A DNA stretch of 64,000 bases, taken from the NCBI RefSeq assembly GCF_009914755.1, contig NC_060946.1, one strand, 5' to 3'. The first letter of the stretch is position 1. The number at the start of each line of letters is the position of its first letter. Origin of the DNA: the human T2T-CHM13v2.0 reference genome, Homo sapiens. This document shows, in pieces, positions 1 to 10,849 of this stretch. Both the position numbers and the translations under genes were made by a program. The notes under the pieces were generated by a model. The model saw only the letters and a list, made by a program, of their open reading frames with translations, was not told where the DNA came from and searched no databases.

Positions 1-358
1 GCGATATAACTCTTCTCTAGGATCTGACCACAGGGTGCTTTGTGACATATCCCTGCAATGATCACCCAGGTGATATACCATTTGCCAAGGCTCTGCCTAC
101 AGGGGCATTGCAATGTATCTCTGCACTGATCACCTAGGTCTTGTAGCTATTTTCTAGGATCTGCCTACAGGGTGCTTTGTGAAGTGTCCCAGCAAGGATT
201 ACCCAGGAGATGTACCTCTCATCAAGGCTCTGCCTACAGGCACATTGTGATGTATCTCCGCACTGATCACCTAGGTCATGTAACTTTTTTCTAGGCTCTA
301 CCTACGATGGCATTGTGACATATCTCTGCACTAATCATCCAAGTGATGTAACTCTTGT

Positions 359-2877
359 CTAGGATGTGCCTAAATTAACTTTTTGACATAACCCTGTACT
401 GATCATCCAGGTGATGGAGCTTTTGTCTAGGCACTGGCTAAGGGGGCATTGTGACATACTTCTGCATTGATCACCCAGGTGGCGAACTCTTCTCTCAGAT
501 CTGCCTATGGGGGCATTGTGATAAATCTCTGCACTGATCACCCAGGTGATGTAACTGTTGTGTAACCTCTGCCTACAGGGGAATTGTGAGAGATCTCGTC
601 ACTGATTACACAAGTGATGTAACCGTTGTCTAGGCTTTGCGTACAGGGGGCTTTGTGACATAACTTTGCACTGATCACCCAAGTGATGTAACACAACTAA
701 GTTCGGCCTAAAGGAGCTTTGTGACATATCTCTGCACTGATCGCTTAGGTGATGTAACACTTTTATAATCACTGCCTACAGGGAATTTTGACAAATCTCT
801 GCACTGATCACCTAGGTGATGTAACTCTTGTCTACCCTCTGTCCAACGGGGCATTGTGAAATATCTCTGCACTGATCACCCAGGTGATTCTACTCTTGAC
901 TAGGAACTGCCTACAGAGGTTATTGTGAAATATCTCTGCACTGATAAACTAGGTGGTGTAACCCTTGTCCAAGCTCTGACTACAGGGGCGTTTCCACATA
1001 TCCCTGAACTGATGACAGAGGTGATGTAACTCTTGCCTAGGCTTTGCCTACAGGGAACATTGGACATATATCTGCACTGATCACCCAGGTGATGCAACTC
1101 TTGCCTAGGCTTTGCCTACAGGGGACATTGTGACATATCTCTTCAATGATCACTCATGTGATGCATCTCTTGCCTAGGCTTTGCCTATAGGGGACATTGT
1201 GACATATCTCTGCACTGGTCTCCCAGGTGCTGTAACTTTAGTCTAGGCTCTGGCTACACGGCATTGTGACATATCACTGCACTGATCAACCAGGTGATAT
1301 AACTCTTGTATAGGCTCTGCCTACAGGGGGATTGTGACCTACCTCTGCACTGATCACCCAGGTGATATAACTCTTCTCTAGGATCTTCCTACAGGGTACT
1401 TTGTGACATATCCCTGCACTGATCACCCAGGTGATCTATCTCTGGTCTAAGCTCTGCCTAAAGGGGCATTGTGACAGATCTCTGCACTGATCACTCAAGT
1501 GATGTAAGTATTGTCCAGGCTCTGCTTCAAGGGGCCTTGTCACATATCTCTGCACTGATCACCCAGGTGATGTAACTCTTGTCTAGGCTCTGCTTCCAGG
1601 GCATATTGTGACATATCTATGCACTGATCACCTTAGTGATGTAACACTTTGGTAGGCTCGGCCTACAGGGGAATCTTGACATATCTCTGCACTGTTAACC
1701 GAGGTGATTTAACTCTTGTCAAGGCTGTGCCCACAGGGAGATTGAGACATATCTCTGCACTGATCCCGAGGTGATACAACTCTTGCCTGGTCTCTGCCTA
1801 CTGTGGACATTGTGACATATCTCTGCACTTATCTCCCAGGTGCTGTAACTTTAGTCTAGGCTCTGGCTACACGGCATTGTGACATATCACTGCTCTGATC
1901 AACCAGTTGATATAACTCATGTATAGGCTCTGCCTACAGGGGGTTTGTGACCTACCGTTGCACTGTTCACCCAGTTGATAAAACTCTTCTCTAGGATCTG
2001 CCTACAGGGTGCTTTGTGACATATCCCTGCACTGATCACCCAGGTGATCTAACTCTGGTCTAAGCTCTGCCTAAAGGGGCATTGTGAAAAATCTCTGCAC
2101 TGATAACTCAGGTGATGTAACTATTGTCCAGGCTCTGCTTCCAGGGCATATTGTGACATATCTATGCACTGATCACCTTAGTGATGTAACACTTGTGTAG
2201 GCTCGGCCTACAGCGGAATTTTGACATATCTCAGCACTGTTAAACGAGGTGATTTAACTCTTGTCTAGGCTGTGCCCACAGGGGGATTGAGACAAATCTC
2301 TGCACTGATCCCGAGGTGATCCAACTCTTGCTTCGTCTCTGTCTACTGGGGACATAGTGACATATCTCTGCACTGATCTCCCAGGTGCTGTAAATTTAGT
2401 CTAGGCTCTGGCTACAAGGCATTGTGACATATCACTGCACTGATCACCCAGGCGATACAGCACTTTTCTGGGATCTGCCTACAATGGTCTTGTGACATAT
2501 CACAGCACTGATCACCCAGGCGATATAACTCTTCTCTAGGATCTGACCACAGGGTGCTTTGTGACATATCCCTGCAATGATCACCCAGGTGATATACCAC
2601 TTGCCAAGGCTCTGCCTACAGGGGCATTGCAATGTATCTCTGCACTGATCACCTAGGTTTTGTAGCTATTTTCTAGGATCTGCCTACAGGGTGCTTTGTG
2701 AAGTGTCCCAGCAAGGATTACCCAGGAGATGTACCTCTCATCAAGGCTCTGCCTACAGGCACATTGTGATGTATCTCCGCACTGATCACCTAGGTCATGT
2801 AACTTTTTTCTAGGCTCTACCTACGATGGCATTGTGACATATCTCTGCACTAATCATCCAAGTGATGTAACTCTTGT
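359..2877 (+). repeat. 37-monomer HOR unit (2519 bp)
   Basis: Marker spacing 359 to 2878 is 2519 = 1906 + 613. Nine extra monomers occupy 1897-2509. Confidence 0.93.
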
Positions 2878-5800
2878 CTAGGATGTGCCTAAATTAACTT
2901 TTTGACATAACCCTGTACTGATCATCCAGGTGATGGAGCTTTTGTCTAGGCACTGACTAAGGGGGCATTGTGACATACTTCTGCATTGATCACCCAGGTG
3001 GCGAACTCTTCTCTCAGATCTGCCTATGGGGGCATTGTGATAAATCTCTGCACTGATCACCCAGGTGATGTAACTGTTGTGTAACCTCTGCCTACAGGGG
3101 AATTGGGAGAGATCTCGTCACTGATTACACAAGTGATGTAACCGTTGTCTAGGCTTTGCGTACAGGGGGCTTTGTGACATACCTTTGCACTGATCACCCA
3201 GGTGATGTAACACATCTAAGTTCGGCCTAAAGGAGCTTTGTGACATATCTCTGCACTGATCGCTTAGGTGATGTAACACTTTTATAATCACTGCCTACAG
3301 GGAATTTTGACAAATCTCTGCACTGATCACCTAGGTGATGTAACTCTTGTCTACCCTCTGTCCAACGGGGCATTGTGAAATATCTCTGCACTGATCACAC
3401 AGGTGATTCAACTCTTGACTAGGAACTGCCTACAAAGGTTATTGTGAAATATCTCTGCACTGATAAACTAGGTGGTGTAACCCTTGTCCAAGCTCTGCCT
3501 ACAGGGGCGTTTCCACATATCCCTGAACTGATGACAGAGGTGATGTAACTCTTGCCTAGGCTTTGCCTACAGGGAACATTGGACATATATCTGCACTGAT
3601 CACCCAGGTGATGCAACTCTTGCCTAGGCTTTGCCTACAGGGGACATTGTGACATATCTCTTCAATGATCACTCATGTGATGCATCTCTTGCCTAGGCTT
3701 TGCCTACAGGGGACGTTGTGACATATCTCTGCACTGGTCTCCCAGGTGCTGTAACTTTAGTCTAGGCTCTGGCTACACGACATTGTGACATATCACTGCA
3801 CTGATCAACCAGGTGATATAACTCTTGTATAGGCTCTGCCTACAGGGGGATTGTGACCTACCTCTGCACTGATCACCCAGGTGATATAACTCTTCTCTAG
3901 GACCTTCCTACAGGGTACTTTGTGACATATCCCTGCATTGATCACCCAGGTGATCTATCTCTGGTCTAAGCTCTGCCTAAAAGGGCATTGTGACAGATCT
4001 CTGCACTGATCACTCAGGTGATGTAAGTATTGTCTAGGCTCTGCTTCAAGGGGCCTTGTCACATATCTCTGCACTGATCACCCAGGTGATGAAACTCTTG
4101 TCTAGGCTCTGCTTCCAGGGCATATTGTGACATATCTATGCACTGATCACCTTAGTGATGTAACACTTTGGTAGGCTCGGCCTACAGGGGAATCTTGACA
4201 TATCTCTGCACTGTTAACCGAGGTGATTTAACACTTGTCTAGGCAGTGCCCACAGGGGGATTGAGACATATCTCTGCACTGATCCCGAGGTGATACAACT
4301 CTTGCCTGGTCTCTGCCTACTGTGGTCATTGTGACATATCTCTGCACTGATCTCCCAGGTGCTGTAACTTTAGTCTAGGCTCTGGCTACACGGCATTGTG
4401 ACATATCACTGCACTGATCACCCAGGCGATATAACTCTTCTCTAGGATCTGACCACAGGGTGCTTTGTGACATATCCCTGCAATGATCACCCAGGTGATA
4501 TACCACTTGCCAAGGCTCTGCCTACAGGGGCATTGCAATGTATCTCTGCACTGATCACCTAGGTCTTGTAGCTATTTTCTAGGATCTGCCTACAGGGTGC
4601 TTTGTGACGTGTCCCAGCAAGGATTACCCAGGTGATGTACCTCTCATCAAGGCTCTGCCTACAGGCACATTGTGATGTATCTCTGCACTGATCACCTAGG
4701 TCATGTAACTTTTTTCTAGGCTCTACCTACGATGGCATTGTGACATATCTCTGCACTAATCATCCAAGTGATGTAACACTTGTCTAGGATGTGCCTAAAT
4801 TAACTTTTTGACATAACCCTGTACTGATCATCCAGGTGATGGAGCTTTTGTCTAGGCTCTGCCTAAGGGGGCATTGTGACATATTTCTGCATTGATCACC
4901 CAGGTGGCGAACTCTTCTCTGGGATCTGCTTATGGGGGCATTGTGAGAAATCTCTGCACTGATCAACCAGGTGATGTAACTGTTGTGTAACCTCTGCCTA
5001 CAGGGGAATTGTGAGAGATCTCGTCACTGATTACCCAAGTGATGTAACCGTTGTCTAGGCATTGCATACAGGGGGCTTTGTGACATACCTTTGCACTGAT
5101 CACCCAGGTGATGTAACACATCTAAGTTCGGCCTAAAGGAGCTTTGTGACATATCTCTGCACTGATCACTTAGGTGATGTAACACTTTTATAATCACTGC
5201 CTACAGGGAATTTTGACAAATCTCTGCACTGATCACCTAGGTGATGTAAATCTTGTCTACCCTCTGTCCAACGGGGCATTGTGAAATATTTCTGCACTGA
5301 TCACCCAGGTGATTCAACTCTTGACTAGGAACTGCCTACAGAGGTTATTGTGAAATATCTCTGCACTGATAAACTAGGTGGTGTAACCCTTGTCCAAGCT
5401 CTGCCTACAGGGGCGTTTCCACATATCCCTGAACTGATGACAGAGGTGATGTAACTCTTGCCTAGGCTTTGCCTACAGGGAACATTGGACATATATCTGC
5501 ACTGATCACCCAGGTGATGCAACTCTTGCCTAGGCTTTGCCTACAGGGGACATTGTGACATATCTCTTCAATGATCACTCATGTGATGCATCTCTTGCCC
5601 AGGCTTTGCCTACAGGGGACATTGTGACATATCTCTGCACTGATCTCCCAGGTGCTGTAACTTTAGTCTAGGCTCTGGCTACACGGCATTGTGACATATC
5701 ACTGCACTGATCAACCAGGTGATATAACTCTTGTATAGGCTCTGCCTACAGGGGGATTGTGACCTACCTCTGCACTGATCACCCAGGTGATATAACTCTT

Positions 5801-8800
5801 CTCTAGGATCTTCCTACAGGGTACTTTGTGACATATCCCTGCCCTGATCACCCAGGTGATCTATCTCTGGTCTAAGCTCTGCCTAAAGGGGCATTGTGAC
5901 AGATCTCTGCACTGATCACTCAGGTGATGTAAGTATTGTCTAGGCTCTGCTTCAAGGGGCCTTGTCACATATCTCTGCACTGATCACCCAGGTGATGTAA
6001 CTCTTGTCTAGGCTCTGCTTCCAGGGCATATTGTGACATATCAATGCACTGATCACGTTAGTGATGTAACACTTTGGTAGGCTCGGCCTACAGGGGAATC
6101 TTGACATATCTCTGCACTGTTAAACGAGGTGATTTAACTCTTGTCTAGGCTGTGCCCACAGGGGGATTGAGACATATCTCTGCACTGATCCCGAGGTGAT
6201 ACAACTCTTGCCTGGTCTCTGCCTACTGTGGACATTGTGACATATCTCTGCACTGATCTCCCAGGTGCTGTAACTTTAGTCTAGGCTCTGGCTACACGGC
6301 ATTGTGACATATCACTGCACTGATCACCCAGGCGATATAACTCTTCTCTAGGATCTGACCACAGGGTGCTTTGTGACATATCCCTGCAATGATCACCCAG
6401 GTGATATACCACTTGCCAAGGCTCTGCCTACAGGGACTTTGCAATGTATCTCTGCACTGATCACCTAGGTCTTGTAGCTATTTTCTAGGATCTGCCTACA
6501 GGGTGCTTTGTGACGTGTCCCAGCAAGGATTACCCAGGTGATGTACCTCTCATCAAGGCTCTGCCTACAGGCACATTGTGATGTATCTCTGCACTGATCA
6601 CCTAACTCATGTAACTTTTTTCTAGGCTCTACCTACGATGGCATTGTGACATATCTCTGCACTAATCATCCAAGTGATGTAACTCTTGTCTAGGATGTGC
6701 CTAAATTAACTTTTTGACATAACCCTGTACTGATCATCCAGGTGATGGAGCTTTTGTCTAGGTTCTGCCTAAGGGGGCATTGTGACATATTTCTGCATTG
6801 ATCACCCAGGTGGCGAACTCTTCTCTCGGATCTGCTATGGGGGCATTGTGAGAAATCTCTGCACTGATCACCCAGGTGATGTAACTGTTGTGTAACCTCT
6901 GCCTACAGGGGAATTGTGAGAGATCTCGTCACTCCTTACCCAAGTGATGTAACCGTTGTCTAGGCATTGCATACAGGGGGCTTTGTGACATACCTTTGCA
7001 CTGATCACCCAGGTGATGTAACACATCTAAGTTCGGCCTAAAGGAGCTTTGTGACATATCTCTGCACTGATCACTTAGGAGATGTAACACTTTTATAATC
7101 ACTGCCTACAGGGAATTTTGACAAATCTCTGCACTGATCACCTAGGTGATGTAACTCTTGTCTACCCTCTGTCCAACGGGGCATTGTGAAATATCTCTGC
7201 ACTGATCACCCAGGTGATTCAACTCTTGACTAGGAACTGCCTACAGAGGTTATTGTGAAATATCTCTGCACTGATAAACTAGGTGGTGTAACCCTTGTCC
7301 AAGCTCTGCCTAAAGGGGCGTTTCCACATATCCCTGAACTGATGACAGAGGTGATGTAACTCTTGCCTAGGCTTTGCCTACAGGGAACATTGGACATATA
7401 TCTGCACTGATCACCCAGGTGATGCAACTCTTGCCTAGGCTTTGCCTACAGGGGACATTGTGACATATCTCTTCAATGATCACTCATGTGATGCATCTCT
7501 TGCCTAGGCTTTGCCTACAGGGGACACTGTGACATATCTCTGCACTGATCTCCCAGGTGCTGTAACTTTAGTCTAGGCTCTGGCTACACGGCATTGTGAC
7601 ATATCACTGCACAGATCAACGAGGTGATATAACTCTTGTATAGGCTCTGCCTACAGGGGGATTGTGACCTACCTCTGCACTGATCACCCAGGTGATATAA
7701 CTCTTCTCTAGGATCTTCCCACAGGGTACTTTGTGACATATCCCTGCACTGATCACCCAGGTGATCTATCTCTGGTCTAAGCTCTGCCTAAAGGGGCATT
7801 GTGACAGATCTCTGCACTGATCACTCAGGTGATGTAAGTATTGTCTAGGCTCTGCTTCAAGGGGCCTTGTCACATATCTCTGCACTGATCACCCAGGTGA
7901 TGTAACTCTTGTCTAGGCTCTGCTTCCAGGGCATATTGTGACATATCTATGCACTGATCACCTTAGTGATGTAACACTTTGGTAGGCTCGGCCTACAGGG
8001 GAATCTTGACATATCTCTGCACTGTTAACCGAGGTGATTTAACTCTTGTCTAGGCTGTGCCCACAGGGGGATTGAGACATATCTCTGCACTGATCCCGAG
8101 GTGATACAACTCTTGCCTGGTCTCTGCCTACTGTGGAAATTGTGACATATCTCTGCACTGATCTCCCAGGTGCTGTAACTTTAGTCTAGGCTCTGGCTAC
8201 ACGGCATTGTGACATATCACTGCACTGATCACCCAGGCGATATAACTCTTCTCTAGGATCTGACCACAGGGTGCTTTGTGACATATCCCTGCAATGATCA
8301 CCCAGGTGATATACCACTTGCCAAGACTCTGCCTACAGGGGCATTGCAATGTATCTCTGCACTGATCACCTAGGTCTTGTAGCTATTTTCTAGGATCTGC
8401 CTACAGGGTGCTTTGTGACGTGTCCCAGCAAGGATTACCCAGGTGATGTACCTCTCATCAAGCCTCTGCCTACAAGCACATTGTGATGTATCTCTGCACT
8501 GATCACCTAGGTCATATAACTTTTTTCTAGGCTCTACCTACGATGGCATTGTGACATATCTCTGCACTAATCATCCAAGTGATGTAACTCTTGTCTAGGA
8601 TGTGCCTAAATTAACTTTTTGACATAACCCTGTACTGATCATCCAGGTGATGGAGCTTTTGTCTAGGCTCTGCCTAAGGGGGCATTGTGACATATTTCTG
8701 CATTGATCACCCAGGTGGCGAACTCTTCTCTCGGATCTGCCTATGGGGGCATTGTGAGAAATCTCTGCAGTGATCACCCAGGTGATGTAACTGTTGTGTA

Positions 8801-10849
8801 AACTCTGCCTACAGGGGAATTGTGAGAGATCTCGCCACTGATTACCCAAGTGATGTAACCGTTGTCTAGGCTTTGCCTACAGGGGGCTTTGTGACATACC
8901 TTTGCACTGATCACCCAGGTGATGTAACACATCTAAGTTCGGCCTAAAGGAGCTTTGTGACATATCTCTGCACTGATCGCTTAGGTGATGTAACACTTTT
9001 ATAATCACTGCCTACAGGGAATTTTGACAAATCTCTGCACTGATCACCTAGGTGATGTAACTCTTGTCTACCCTCTGTCCAACGGGGCATTGTGAAATAT
9101 CTCTGCACTGATCACCCAGGTGATTCAACTCTTGACTAGGAACTGCCTACAAAGGTTATTGTGAAATATCTCTGCTCTGATAAACTAGGTGGTGTAACCC
9201 TTGTCCAAGCTCTGCCTACAGGGGCGTTTCCACATATCCCTGAACTGATGACAGAGGTGATGTAACTCTTGCCTAGGCTTTGCCTACAGGGAACATTGGA
9301 CATATATCTGCACTCATCACCCAGGTGATGCAACTCTTGCCTAGGCTTTGCCTACAGGGGACATTGTGACATATCTCTTCAATGATCACTCATGTGATGC
9401 ATCTCTTGCCTAGGCTTTGCCTACAGGGGACGTTGTGACATATCTCTGCACTGGTCTCCCAGGTGCTGTAACTTTAGTCTAGGCTCTGGCTACACGACAT
9501 TGTGACATATCACTGCACTGATCAACCAGGTGATATAACTCTTGTATAGGCTCTGCCTACAGGGGGATTGTGACCTACCTCTGCACTGATCACCCAGGTG
9601 ATATAACTCTTCTCTAGGACCTTCCTACAGGGTACTTTGTGACATATCCCTGCATTGATCACCCAGGTGATCTATCTCTGGTCTAAGCTCTGCCTAAAAG
9701 GGCATTGTGACAGATCTCTGCACTGATCACTCAGGTGATGTAAGTATTGTCTAGGCTCTGCTTCAAGGGGCCTTGTCACATATCTCTGCACTGATCACCC
9801 AGGTGATGAAACTCTTGTCTAGGCTCTGCTTCCAGGGCATATTGTGACATATCTATGCACTGATCACCTTAGTGATGTAACACTTTGGTAGGCTCGGCCT
9901 ACAGGGGAATCTTGACATATCTCTGCACTGTTAACCGAGGTGATTTAACACTTGTCTAGGCAGTGCCCACAGGGGGATTGAGACATACCTCTGCACTGAT
10001 CCCGAGGTGATACAACTCTTGCCTGGTCTCTGCCTACTGTGGACATTGTGACATATCTCTGCACTGATCTCCCAGGTGCTGTAACTTTAGTATAGGCTCT
10101 GGCTACACGGCATTGTGACATATCACTGCACTGATCACCCAGGCGATATAACTCTTCTCTAGGATCTGACCACAGGGTGCTTTGTGACATATCCCTGCAA
10201 TGATCACCCAGGTGATATACCACTTGCCAAGGCTCTGCCTACAGGGGCATTGCAATGTATCTCTGCACTGATCACCTAGGTCTTGTAGCTATTTTCTAGG
10301 ATCTGCCTACAGGGTGCTTTGTGACGTGTCCCAGCAAGGATTACCCAGGTGATCTACCTCTCATCAAGGCTCTGCCTACAGGCACATTGTGATGTATCTC
10401 TGCACTGATCACCTAGGTCATGTAACTTTTTTCTAGGCTCTACCTACGATGGCATTGTGACATATCTCTGCACTAATCATCCAAGTGATGGAACTCTTGT
10501 CTAGGATGTGCCTAAATTAACTTTTTGACATAACCCTGTACTGATCATCCAGGTGATGGAGCTTTTGTCTAGGCTCTGCCTAAGGGGGCATTGTGACATA
10601 TTTCTGCATTGATCACCCAGGTGGCGAACTCTTCTCTCGGATCTGCCTATGGGGGCATTGTGAGAAATCTCTGCACTGATCACCCAGGTGATGTAACTGT
10701 TGTGTAACCTCTGCCTACAGGGGAATTGTGAGAGATCTCGTCACTGATTACCCAAGTGATGTAACCGTTGTCTAGGCTTTGCATACAGGGGGCTTTGTGA
10801 CATACCATTGCACTGATCACCCAGGTGATGTAACACATCTAAGTTCGGT

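Noticed and set aside
1897-2509. Extra block as a simple recent duplication between the identical C and L monomers (also 613 bp apart)
   Set aside because: The length matches, but the content does not: the block is diverged, has G and H as one monomer, and contains a private monomer.
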